A stretch of 64,000 nucleotides of DNA from a candidate division WOR-3 bacterium (lineage in GTDB: Bacteria; Hydrothermota; Tepidihabitantia; Tepidihabitantales; Tepidihabitantaceae): positions 96,094-160,093 of the forward strand of contig JAOABP010000001.1 of NCBI GenBank assembly GCA_026418295.1. Reading direction: 5' to 3'. Below the pieces are notes generated by a model. It saw only the letters and a list, made by a program, of their open reading frames with translations, had not been told where the DNA came from and made no database searches. Every line of letters begins with the position of its first letter. Position 1 is the stretch's first letter. Of this stretch, positions 20,673 to 29,540 are shown piece after piece. The position numbers and the translations under genes are program-made.

Positions 20673-23507
20673 TTAGCGCTCCTCCCATTCCCGGGGTTTA
20701 AATCTTATGATGCCGTTCTGTGAGCAGTAGAACCGGAAGTCGCACTCCTTGCAGACCTTTTCCGGGTCCGGCTGCTGCTCAACCTGAAAGTGTTTGGCCC
20801 TTATTCTCTGCACTACCTGGTCAAAATGCCTGCCCGCCTCCTCAACATCCGCTTCGCAGTATCTTAACTCCTGGAGGGCATCAACTCTTTCCGGCTCACC
20901 GGTCCAGTAAATATACATCTTCTCTACCTCCCGGTTGTATCTTTCGCGGATGATGTGGGCGTAGAGACAGAGCTGGCGCCGGTATCGGTCAATGATGGGG
21001 TGGCCGGGTGCCGGCCTGGTCTGGGTCTTGAAGTCGAGAAGTTCCAGTTTACCCTCCTCACCCAGGAGGAGATCGATCTTGCCGGTGATTATGTAGTCCT
21101 CCTTCTCTACCGACACCTCCACTTCGGTTTCCCTGATTCGGGAAAGCAGATCGCGGTTCTGGTTATAGTAGTTTTGCACCTGCCTCAATGCGAACTCCTT
21201 TCCGGCTCGGCTGATCGGACGCAGCCCGGTAAGCAGCAGCGCCTGATAGTTGTCCTCCAGCCAGTTTTCAATCTGGTCACGGAAGATTTTTTTCTGTCCC
21301 TCCAGAACCGCCCGGTGAATGTCCTCAATGGTGTGGTGCACCAGTGCACCGAAGAGAACCTGGCCCGCCCGGGAGGGTTGAAACTGATAGTCATGATAGA
21401 AAAGATACTGCAGGGGGCAGGTTTCGTAGATATTGACACCGGTGAGGGAATAGCTCTTTTTCGGGATGAACTGCGGTCGGGAGGAAAAGCGCTGGGCCGC
21501 CAGGGTTTCGCTTTCAATGCGGGGATACTGATCAAGCCCCTCCCAGATCGGGGCAAACCATTCCTTCGGGTGTTCAGGGGTTGACAGGACCAGTATTTTC
21601 TGCGCCCGGGAAAAGGCGACATAGTAATGTCGCAACCGGTCAAATTGGGTCATCTGGTCTTCAGTTTCGTAGGTTCCCCTCCGGGAAAATGGCAGCAGGT
21701 CACGGTCAACGTGTTTCTGAACGATGAATCGCTTGTGCAGCGAATTAACGATCACAACTGGAAATTCCAGTCCCTTGGCCTGGTGAATAGTCATAATCTG
21801 GACATGGCCTTTCGGGATTGGATTGTCCGGATCTTCATACTCGTCAATGCCGGAATCCAGAAGGAAATTAAAGAAGCTGCGGAAGAGGTGTGATTTTATG
21901 TGCTCCTTGTTCTTGGCCGTAACCAGGGAAATGTTGTAATAGTCCTGGAAAATTGAAATCAGTCTTGAGAAAATGGCAAGATTATAGGCGGAGTTTTCAT
22001 CCTTCAGATATGATGAAAACGGTTCATGGGCAAGCAGTCCGTAAAGATAGTCCAGGACCGTCAGGTCAAGTGAGCCGGTCTGCAGATTTTCAATCTCGCG
22101 CCGCTTTTTTTTGAGATAATGTTTCAGGGAATGGTGCCGAGCAGCTGCATTGGCGAGAACTTTCAATGAATTTTCCAGGTGTTCCCGGTGCGGGTAGTCG
22201 TTTTTAAATTCTTTCATAAAGCCGAAAATTATTGCATAGGCGGCAAGCAGCAGTTTGATCTCCTCATTTTCAAAAAATCGCTTGGCACGCGGGGCAAAAT
22301 AGGGAATGTTGTTTTTCCTTAACGCTTCAATGTAGTGGCTACTGTTCTCAGCCCGGATGCTCTTCATCAGCAGGGCGACATCGGCCCAGTCCTGAATTAT
22401 GTTGTTATCCTTCAGGAATTTCAACAGCTTAACCACTCGTGCTGCCTCATCCTTTTCATCTTTTCCCCAGATGCAGAATACCGCCGGGTAATCCGGAAAT
22501 TTTCCCTCTGGATCGGGCTGAACCTGTTTGGGATACCGGAAGCCGTTCCATTCTGTTGAGGTTATGAATTTATTATAGCGCTGGATGATATCCGGGTGGC
22601 TCCGGTAGTTTATGGTCAATTTGATCTGTCTGCAGTGCGGGAAATGGCTGGGAAACTCAAGGATATTGCGCACGGTTGCTCCCCGGAAGCGGTAAAGGGC
22701 CTGGTCTTCATCACCGACAACGCAGATGTTATTTTCCGGTCGGGCAAGTTTTAAGAGGATCTGTTCCTGAATGTAGTTTGTGTCCTGGTATTCATCAACC
22801 ATGATATATTTTATGTTCTTTTTGATCCGGGGATAAATTTCCCGATTTTTCAGCAGATCAAGGAAAATCTTCTGCAGGTGGGAAAAATCCACCCGGTTTT
22901 TCTCCCGGAGTTTCTCCTGGTACTTACGGTAGGATTTGGCGAGGAGGCGCAGGAATCCATCCTCGGCTTCAGCTAAACGGTCAACATCAATCAGTTCCTC
23001 GGTGATTTTGTTGAAGTATCTGCAGATGATGCTGATTGATTCCCACTTTCCCCGCCATCTGCCCCAGAACAACCCGTTGCGGTTCGGTGCCAATGCGTCA
23101 AAGTGCTCGTAGATAAAAAATTGCTGGGTCAATTCGTCAAGAATTGAGTATCCCCTTCTAAGCGGAGTGTGTGTCAAAAATTTGACAATGAAATCGTTGC
23201 ACAGGCTGTGAATTGTGCCCACCCGTAACTGGTGAAGGTTGTCTTTATAATTCAGCTTTTGCGCCAGCTGACTTACCCGGTCTCTTAATTCAAATGCCGC
23301 CTTTTCCGTGAAGGTGGTAAGGACGATTTCTTCCGGCTGTGCCCTGCCGGAAAGCAGGAGGTAGAGCGTTCTTGCGACCATGGTCAGGGTCTTGCCGGTT
23401 CCCGGGCCGGCGATGATCAGCACCGGACCTTCCGTGGCCTTAACAGCTGCCAGCTGATCGTGGTTCAGAGTCGGGATCACCGATTTTATCCGCTCAATGG
23501 CGTTCAC
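20673..23507 (-). CDS. UvrD/REP SF1 helicase fused to a C-terminal Fe-S PD-(D/E)XK nuclease
   Basis: AGPGTGKT, VDEYQDTN, GDEDQALYRFRGA, MTIHQAKGLEF; ETCP...GKIDL...DFKT...QLCLYA...CKECDFRFYC. Confidence 0.88.
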   Translation of the reverse strand: MNAIERIKSVIPTLNHDQLAAVKATEGPVLIIAGPGTGKTLTMVARTLYLLLSGRAQPEEIVLTTFTEKAAFELRDRVSQLAQKLNYKDNLHQLRVGTIHSLCNDFIVKFLTHTPLRRGYSILDELTQQFFIYEHFDALAPNRNGLFWGRWRGKWESISIICRYFNKITEELIDVDRLAEAEDGFLRLLAKSYRKYQEKLREKNRVDFSHLQKIFLDLLKNREIYPRIKKNIKYIMVDEYQDTNYIQEQILLKLARPENNICVVGDEDQALYRFRGATVRNILEFPSHFPHCRQIKLTINYRSHPDIIQRYNKFITSTEWNGFRYPKQVQPDPEGKFPDYPAVFCIWGKDEKDEAARVVKLLKFLKDNNIIQDWADVALLMKSIRAENSSHYIEALRKNNIPYFAPRAKRFFENEEIKLLLAAYAIIFGFMKEFKNDYPHREHLENSLKVLANAAARHHSLKHYLKKKRREIENLQTGSLDLTVLDYLYGLLAHEPFSSYLKDENSAYNLAIFSRLISIFQDYYNISLVTAKNKEHIKSHLFRSFFNFLLDSGIDEYEDPDNPIPKGHVQIMTIHQAKGLEFPVVIVNSLHKRFIVQKHVDRDLLPFSRRGTYETEDQMTQFDRLRHYYVAFSRAQKILVLSTPEHPKEWFAPIWEGLDQYPRIESETLAAQRFSSRPQFIPKKSYSLTGVNIYETCPLQYLFYHDYQFQPSRAGQVLFGALVHHTIEDIHRAVLEGQKKIFRDQIENWLEDNYQALLLTGLRPISRAGKEFALRQVQNYYNQNRDLLSRIRETEVEVSVEKEDYIITGKIDLLLGEEGKLELLDFKTQTRPAPGHPIIDRYRRQLCLYAHIIRERYNREVEKMYIYWTGEPERVDALQELRYCEADVEEAGRHFDQVVQRIRAKHFQVEQQPDPEKVCKECDFRFYCSQNGIIRFKPREWEER

Positions 23508-24217
23508 AGCAGCCTCTCCTTTCTGAAGCTGAAATAACCGGCCGGGGATACAATAATATGGTCAAAGAGCACCATACCCACAGCCTGGGTGGCGATATCC
23601 AGTACCCGCGTCAGGTTCTTATCGTACTCTGAGGGTTCCGGACTGCCGTTAGGATGGTTGTGGGCAACAATAATCCCGTAGGCCTTGTGTCTGATTCCTT
23701 CTTCGATTATCTTCCGGGGATAGACAACGGTCTTGTCAATCGTCCCGGAAAAGTGAAACTCCTGAGCCGGAAAACTTTCATCCTTCATAATCCTGGCGTT
23801 ACTGTCCAGATAGATTACATGAAACTCCTCTTCTTTTTTGTCCCCAATCCTTGCCATCCAGTATGTCACAATTTCGTCAATGTTTTCATTCACCGGCACC
23901 GCTTCGGCCCTCTGTTTGTGATAGATGGCGTTGATCTCCCTGATCAGTTTCAGAAGTGTGGTGAATTTCTGTTTTATGTAGGGCACCGAAGTCAGGGAAT
24001 CTTCATCTGCTTCAAATATTCCCCTGATTGAGCCAAATCTGTCCAGCAGTTCCTTGGCAACCGGCTTGACATCTCTCCGGGGCAGGACATAAGTCAGGAG
24101 AAGTTCGACAATCTCATATTCCTGCAGGCTGTGCGGCCCGATCCGGTTAAACCGGTTCCTTAACCGCTGGCGGTGCCCGTGGCGGTGATCTTTTTCTGAT
24201 TTATTTTCAGGTTTCAC
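23504..24217 (-). CDS. radC: RadC family (JAB domain) protein
   Basis: GHRQRLR, YEIVELLL, GTIDKTVVYPR, AHNHPNG..EPS..D, LFDHIIV. Confidence 0.92.
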   Translation of the reverse strand: MKPENKSEKDHRHGHRQRLRNRFNRIGPHSLQEYEIVELLLTYVLPRRDVKPVAKELLDRFGSIRGIFEADEDSLTSVPYIKQKFTTLLKLIREINAIYHKQRAEAVPVNENIDEIVTYWMARIGDKKEEEFHVIYLDSNARIMKDESFPAQEFHFSGTIDKTVVYPRKIIEEGIRHKAYGIIVAHNHPNGSPEPSEYDKNLTRVLDIATQAVGMVLFDHIIVSPAGYFSFRKERLL

Positions 24218-24728
24218 ATTTTAACATCTTAATTCTTCTGCTACCTGCGGCTCATAGTCAACATTTTGTCTTTTATTTAATAAGAGTTGCAAGCTCAAGT
24301 CAATTTTTTCACTGGGTATGACTAGTGGGCTGTGTTATAAAAATGTCAGAGCCCTTTCGGACGCCTGATTTCACCGCCGGATTGGCGTGGAGGTGTAACT
24401 TTATTTTTTACAATGTGATGGCGATTTGGCACCGGAGAAGGTCTGCTCCGGGGGCAGTTCCCCCTACCCTCCTGGCAGGGGCGGGTGGTTTGGAGTTAAG
24501 CGGTGGGGATTTTGTGGGTTGTGGTGGCTTGTGCGGTTCTGGTGGTGGCGGTTGCTGGTTTGAGATGTCAGTTTGTGGCTGGATTGGGGGGATGGCGGGT
24601 TTTGGGTCCGGAGGGTGGATGGTTGTGGGAGATGGTGGCAGGGGTTGACAGGGGCGTTGTGCCGGCTATTTTTTGCGGTATGAGTTTTCCGGGCAGAGCT
24701 GTTGCCGGAAAAGGAAAGGAGGTTATCA

Positions 24729-25532
24729 GTGAGCTGGCTGAATCAGCTGAAGTCGGCGGCAGATGAGGTGTTTTCGGTCCTGGGGTCAGGTTACCGGGAG
24801 TCGGTTTATGAGGAGGCGCTGGCGCATGAGCTGCGGTTGCGCGGTATCGCCTATGAACGGCAGCGGAATTTTGAGATTCTTTACAAGGGTTACAAGGTTT
24901 CCGAGGGCAGGGTGGATCTGATTCTCAATCCGCTCTGGGCAGGAACTTCCAAGGCCGAGGCGGTGGTGGAGCTGAAGGCGGTGAAGCGGGTTAATGAGGC
25001 GCATATCCGGCAGGCGCAGGTTTATATGGCATCGCTGGGAATCCGGCAGGGGGTGGTGCTGAGTTTCGGGGACAGTGTGCTGGTCGAGGAGGTGGCGCCG
25101 CCGAAGGAGCGGGTGGAGCGGAAGGTGGTTGAGCCGAAGCCGGGCAGAGGCGCGCAGGTGAGCGCCGGACTTTTGACCCGGTGTGCGCAGGCGGTTTTTG
25201 ACTATTTCGGTTCGGAGTTTATCTACCGGGAGGGGACCGAGAGGCTGTTTCCCGCAGCGATCGGGGTGGAGCTGCGGCTTGCCGGGGTGCGGTTTGCAGC
25301 GGCAAGTTATCAGCTGCTTTACAAGTGCCATCCGGTGGATGAGGTCGGGTTTGATTTTGTGTTTGACCGCAGTCAGGTGGCGCAGGTGGTTTTTTACCGT
25401 GATGAGGAGGAGCGGGCAGAGCAGGTGCTGGAGTTTACCGGGCTGGTGCGCCATTTCGGGCTGAAGCGGGGTTATCTGGTGGCAATTCCGGCGGGTGCTG
25501 AGGGCAAGGTCAGGGTGGTTGCGGTCAGTTAA
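24729..25532 (+). CDS. GxxExxY family PD-(D/E)XK protein with a second, degenerate copy of the domain
   Basis: LGSGYRESVYEEAL...VDL...VELKAV...QAQVYM; SD AGGAGGT before GTG 24729. Confidence 0.8.
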   Translation: MSWLNQLKSAADEVFSVLGSGYRESVYEEALAHELRLRGIAYERQRNFEILYKGYKVSEGRVDLILNPLWAGTSKAEAVVELKAVKRVNEAHIRQAQVYMASLGIRQGVVLSFGDSVLVEEVAPPKERVERKVVEPKPGRGAQVSAGLLTRCAQAVFDYFGSEFIYREGTERLFPAAIGVELRLAGVRFAAASYQLLYKCHPVDEVGFDFVFDRSQVAQVVFYRDEEERAEQVLEFTGLVRHFGLKRGYLVAIPAGAEGKVRVVAVS

Positions 25533-25550
25533 CCGGAGACAGGAGGGGAT

Positions 25551-26720
25551 ATGAGCAGGAGCAGGCTGGTGTTGACCGTTTTATTACTGCTTCTCGGTGC
25601 CGGGCCGGTCTGTGTCCATGAGGATGCCGGGGAGAAGTTGTCCCCGCCGGTGATTGTCGGTCCGGCAGTCTGGTATACCAACAGTCTGTTTACCATCAGT
25701 CTGACCGGGGGCAGAGTTGAGGGCAGGCGTCTGAGTTATCAGGTAATGGTGGACACAGGTGCGCCCGAGAGCTGGACCGCCTATTTTCCGGATGCGGAGA
25801 CGATTCGCCATTATCTCTGCTTTACAACCACCGGTGTCCATTCGGTCCGGGCGCGGGTGCGGGACACCAAGGGGCTGGAGTCAGACTGGTCAGCACCGTA
25901 TCAGGTTACGATTGTGCAGAGTCCGCCGATGCCCGAGAGTCTTGCCGGACCGGACGCCGGGGTGGCGGGTTATGAGTATCAGTTTCAGGTGCGGGTGAGG
26001 GATCCGGATGGTGATTCGGTGGCGGTGCGGTTTGACTGGGGTGATGGCACCGTTTCTCCCTGGAGCGGTTGTCAGCCCTCAGGTTCCCTTTTCAGCCTGA
26101 GCCATGTTTATCAGGATACCGGGATCTATTTTATCCGGGCGCAGGCGCGGGATGTCCAGGGCGATACCAGCGGGTGGTGTGATCCGCTGCGGTTTGATGT
26201 GTGCCGGCGCTGGGTGACGGTGCTGAACGAGGGGTTTGAGCAGGGGTTTCCGGGTCCGGGCTGGCAGGTGCGGGGTGAGCCGACCTGGGATACAACCGGT
26301 TACCGGCAGCAGGCGGGCAGGTTCAGTATCTGGTGTGCCGGCTCCTCGCGGGAGCCGTCTCAGGGCTATCCGCCGCAGATGGGCGCAATTGCCATCTACG
26401 GACCGTTTTCACTGGCTGATGCGGACAGCGGCCGGGTTGAGTTCTGGCACTGGACCGATTCGGAATACGGGCATGACATGCTGTTCTGGTTTGTGATGGT
26501 GGACAGCGTTAATTATTACATCTGCGGTCAGGCAGGGGGGAATGTCCGTTCCTGGCAGCGGGTGGAGATTGATCTGACCGATGTGCCGGGGCTGGGCAGT
26601 GTCTGCGGCCGGGAGCGGGTCTGGGTCGGATGGGTGTTTAACAGTGACCTGAGCACCGAGTATGAGGGTGCGTATCTGGACGGGGTTGTGATCCGGAAGT
26701 GTGTCTTCCGGCAGGAGTAA
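25551..26720 (+). CDS. Secreted PKD-domain protein with C-terminal jelly-roll (immune inhibitor A/MAM-like) domain
   Basis: Signal peptide; DPDGDSVAVRFDWGDG, EGFEQGFP, GAYLDGVVI. Confidence 0.65.
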   Translation: MSRSRLVLTVLLLLLGAGPVCVHEDAGEKLSPPVIVGPAVWYTNSLFTISLTGGRVEGRRLSYQVMVDTGAPESWTAYFPDAETIRHYLCFTTTGVHSVRARVRDTKGLESDWSAPYQVTIVQSPPMPESLAGPDAGVAGYEYQFQVRVRDPDGDSVAVRFDWGDGTVSPWSGCQPSGSLFSLSHVYQDTGIYFIRAQARDVQGDTSGWCDPLRFDVCRRWVTVLNEGFEQGFPGPGWQVRGEPTWDTTGYRQQAGRFSIWCAGSSREPSQGYPPQMGAIAIYGPFSLADADSGRVEFWHWTDSEYGHDMLFWFVMVDSVNYYICGQAGGNVRSWQRVEIDLTDVPGLGSVCGRERVWVGWVFNSDLSTEYEGAYLDGVVIRKCVFRQE

Positions 26721-26750
26721 AAAAAGAACCGCCCCGCAGGGGGCGGTTCT
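26719..26750 (-). terminator. Rho-independent terminator
   Basis: agaaccgcccc-gcag-ggggcggttct with adjacent A-run, between convergent genes. Confidence 0.8.
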
Positions 26751-26774
26751 GACCGAGCCGAAAAAGGAGGCACC

Positions 26775-27320
26775 TTATTTCTGCGGGCAGCAGTTCGGCT
26801 CCTGAGGTCCGAATTGTTTCTGCTCCATACAGCGGTGCCGGCGCATCATCCTTCTGCCCATGCCCATTCCCGGTCCCATGCCCATGCCGAACATATGGCG
26901 CATCTGTCGGCGCTGCTCGGGGGTGAGGAGCTGGGCGATTTCCAGCCGGTGGTTGGTCCGGGTGAGTTCCAGTTTGTTGCGCAGTTCGCTCAGTTCCTTT
27001 ACCTTGGCGATGATCGCCTTGGAGTCCAGCTTGTCCGCATCCCAGAGCGCCTGAAGTTCCAGCTCCTTGATTCTGAGTTCGGTTTCGAGTGGCATGATCT
27101 CCTTCAGGTGTTTGATGCGCAGGCTCTGGAGCTGTTCCCGCTGGGCATCGGTGAGCTGAGGCATCATCGGCTCCATCATCGGCTCCATCATCGGCATCTG
27201 GGGCATCTGGGGTTGGGGTGCATTCTGCTCCTGGGCAAGTAGAGGAGCGACGGTCAGCATCAGCCCGGCAAGGAGCAGGCTGACGGTAAAGTGTTTATGT
27301 TTTTTCATATTTTCCTCCAT
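26775..27320 (-). CDS. Spy/CpxP family periplasmic chaperone
   Basis: Signal peptide; LTDAQ and LLTPEQ (LTxxQ) motifs; Met/Gly-rich tails. Confidence 0.8.
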   Translation of the reverse strand: MEENMKKHKHFTVSLLLAGLMLTVAPLLAQEQNAPQPQMPQMPMMEPMMEPMMPQLTDAQREQLQSLRIKHLKEIMPLETELRIKELELQALWDADKLDSKAIIAKVKELSELRNKLELTRTNHRLEIAQLLTPEQRRQMRHMFGMGMGPGMGMGRRMMRRHRCMEQKQFGPQEPNCCPQK

Positions 27321-27328
27321 TTTTGGGT

Positions 27329-27814
27329 TTATCTTTTAAATCTTCTTTGAAGCCGTTCCGGTTTCCGATGCTCAAATTCCGGCGGTGGTGGCGGGTGTCG
27401 GGGACCTTCCATCATCCGGCACCAGCCGCGGCGCAGCCGTTCCCGGTGTTCGGGCGGCAGAACCATTCCGGTCTGTCTGCCGGTTTCATAGACGAGCCGG
27501 TTCATCTGCTGGTGGATTTCACCGATGGTTTTCAGGGTGCGCTCCACTTCCGCACTTTCCGGGTTTTCCTCCAGCGCCAGCCGGGCAAGCCGGTGCCGGG
27601 CATACCAGTATTCCAGCCGGAGCGAGTCCATCTGCAGGTGATAGGCGTCAAGGAGCGGTTCAATCTGGCGCGGGGCAATCTGTTTTATCTGGCGCAGGAC
27701 CCGGACCCGGCGGTTGAGCCGGCGCAGCCTCAGCCATGCCAGGCTGCCGAAGGCGGCAAGGTTGATCGCCAGCGATACCGCCAGCAGGACATAAAGCCAG
27801 CGGGTTTTCATCAT
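27329..27814 (-). CDS. Periplasmic heavy-metal sensor-like protein (Metal_resist/CpxP-like)
   Basis: LLAVSLAINLA TM segment, helical bundle, LPPEHRERL. Confidence 0.7.
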   Translation of the reverse strand: MMKTRWLYVLLAVSLAINLAAFGSLAWLRLRRLNRRVRVLRQIKQIAPRQIEPLLDAYHLQMDSLRLEYWYARHRLARLALEENPESAEVERTLKTIGEIHQQMNRLVYETGRQTGMVLPPEHRERLRRGWCRMMEGPRHPPPPPEFEHRKPERLQRRFKR

Positions 27815-28230
27815 CTGCCTCCGTTTCCGGGCGCAAACAGTTCTTCAATTGTGGGTTCGGAGTTGAGCGCTGCCAGTTCCGGGCTGGTGCTGCTGCCGGT
27901 TGCCAGAGTTGAGCCGAGTATGATGCCCAGTCCGATGCCGGCAAGCACGAGCAGTGAGACCGCAGTCTGCCAGAGGAGTTTTGGCAGAAGGGATGCGGGT
28001 TTGAGCGCACCAATGCGGGCAAGGGTGCGGGCGGTAAAGTAGGGCGGAATTTCCGGCACGGTTACCGACCGGAGCAGTCTGTGCTCCGACTGGAGCAGTT
28101 CATACTCCTGCCGGCACCCGGCACACTCTGCCAGGTGACGGTTTACCGCCTCCTGCTCTGGTCCGGACAGTTCGCGGTCCAGATGCCGGGACAGGAGTTT
28201 AAGCACCTTTGAGCATTTCATCGTCTTCAT
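27811..28230 (-). CDS. Zinc-binding anti-sigma factor (zf-HC2)
   Basis: LSRHLDREL...HLAECAGC plus one TM helix; downstream of the ECF sigma. Confidence 0.88.
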   Translation of the reverse strand: MKTMKCSKVLKLLSRHLDRELSGPEQEAVNRHLAECAGCRQEYELLQSEHRLLRSVTVPEIPPYFTARTLARIGALKPASLLPKLLWQTAVSLLVLAGIGLGIILGSTLATGSSTSPELAALNSEPTIEELFAPGNGGR

Positions 28231-28234
28231 TTAT

Positions 28235-28264
28235 TTAGACCCCTGTGGTTGTTCTTTCCTGCGG
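28235..28264 (-). promoter_or_regulatory. Putative ECF-sigma promoter (CCGCAGGAA-N15-GTCTAA)
   Basis: Same motif with identical spacing lies upstream of the sigma gene (28839-28868). Confidence 0.55.
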
Positions 28265-28269
28265 TGATT

Positions 28270-28827
28270 TCACAAAAGCCCCCTCTGCCGGGCAGGTTCT
28301 AGCAGGGTCTTGAGCCGGGTCCGGGCACGGACCAGAAGGGAGTCCACCGCCCGGACCGATCTGCCCATCAGCCGGGCGATTTCATTGTAACTTAAATTTT
28401 CATACACCTTCAGCACGAGCGCGGTCCGCTGGTCCGGCGGGAGCTGAAGCAGTGCCTGCTGAACCAGTTCTTCCTGCTGGCGCCGGTGATAGTCCGCCTC
28501 CGGTTCAGTTGCCGGATCCGCGGGCTGGAGTTCGCTCAGCTCTTCGGTTTTCCGGGTCCGGGTTCTGAAATTGAGGGTCAGGTTAATGGCAATCTGGTAG
28601 AGCCAGGTTTTGAAGCTGCTTCTGCCTTTGAAGCCCGCAAGCTTCTGCCAGGCGCGGACAAACGCCTGCTGGCACAGCTCCTCGGCATCAGCCGGATTCT
28701 GAACCATCCGGTAGATAAAGGCGTAAAGACCCTGCTGGTGACGCCGGACCAGCTGTTCATAGGCGGTCAGGTTACCCTGCTGCGCCCGCAGAACCAGCTG
28801 TTCATCATTCAGTTCTGTTTCCGGCAC
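28270..28827 (-). CDS. ECF sigma-70 factor
   Basis: DAEELCQQAFVRAW, SSFKTWLYQIAIN, LPPDQR...LSYNEIA...VDSLLVRAR. Confidence 0.92.
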   Translation of the reverse strand: MPETELNDEQLVLRAQQGNLTAYEQLVRRHQQGLYAFIYRMVQNPADAEELCQQAFVRAWQKLAGFKGRSSFKTWLYQIAINLTLNFRTRTRKTEELSELQPADPATEPEADYHRRQQEELVQQALLQLPPDQRTALVLKVYENLSYNEIARLMGRSVRAVDSLLVRARTRLKTLLEPARQRGLL

Positions 28828-28838
28828 CGGCGTATTAA

Positions 28839-28868
28839 TTAGACCCGGCAGCCGGCAGATTACTGCGG
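28839..28868 (-). promoter_or_regulatory. Putative ECF-sigma promoter (CCGCAGTAA-N15-GTCTAA)
   Basis: Matches the motif at 28235-28264. Confidence 0.55.
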
Positions 28869-29510
28869 TCCGCCGGCAAATTTCAGCAGTTCGGCAAGAA
28901 ACCGGTCTTCGGGCAGTGCACCTTCAAGGTGGTGCAGACCGTTGATGACCGTTTTCGGCACCGCACTGACCTGATAGTAGTTTGCCAGCACCGGGAACTC
29001 CTGGGCATCAATTGCGGAGGCGGTGATGTTTTCATTTTCCATGGCGAAACGGTGCGCCAGACCCGCCATCATCGGACAGTAGGGGCAGGTCAGGGTAACA
29101 AAGACATCAATCTTGACCGGGCTGGTGATCGTCTGCAGTTTTTCCCGGGTCTGGGGTTTGAGTCCGCTGTTTCTTCTGCCGGCAAGCTGGAGTGCATTGA
29201 GTAAAGTGGTGAACTCATAACCTGCCGGGATGCCGTAGAACCGGATGCCGTAGTCCTTTTCCCCTTCCACCACCAGTGCGGGCACCCGCTCAATCCGGTA
29301 TTTCTCCACCGCCTCCTTGTCCTGCTGGAAGTCGTGGACCGAAAGCGTAATCTTGTCTGAAAGCCCGGCAATTTCCTCTGCCAGCTGGCGGTTTTCCCGG
29401 CAGAACTGGCACTCCATCTCCTGGGTGAAGACCAGGAGTTTTACCGGGTGCTCAAGATTGTTAAGTATCTGCTGTGCCTGAATTCTGACCGCTTCGTTGA
29501 GCAGTGACAT
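28860..29510 (-). CDS. Protein disulfide oxidoreductase (two thioredoxin folds, AhpF-NTD/PDO-like)
   Basis: CQFC and CPYC motifs, GIPAGYEF, VPKTVIN. Confidence 0.9.
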   Translation of the reverse strand: MSLLNEAVRIQAQQILNNLEHPVKLLVFTQEMECQFCRENRQLAEEIAGLSDKITLSVHDFQQDKEAVEKYRIERVPALVVEGEKDYGIRFYGIPAGYEFTTLLNALQLAGRRNSGLKPQTREKLQTITSPVKIDVFVTLTCPYCPMMAGLAHRFAMENENITASAIDAQEFPVLANYYQVSAVPKTVINGLHHLEGALPEDRFLAELLKFAGGPQ

Positions 29511-29540
29511 AAACCTCCTTTATTATATTAGACCGGCAAA

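Noticed and set aside
15790-24420. Direct repeats bounding the defence island (ggcgtgg...ttttacaa)
   Set aside because: Matches are short and differently spaced, and there is no integrase; not supportable as att sites.
24430-24490. tRNA-Sec or tRNA remnant at the island edge
   Set aside because: Hairpins are present, but there is no T-loop GTTC-RA motif in a cloverleaf, no UCA anticodon arm and no acceptor stem.
27160-27215. 12- and 9-bp repeats in the Spy/CpxP gene as a phase-variation tract
   Set aside because: Unit lengths are multiples of three and encode a low-complexity Met/Pro linker typical of the family.
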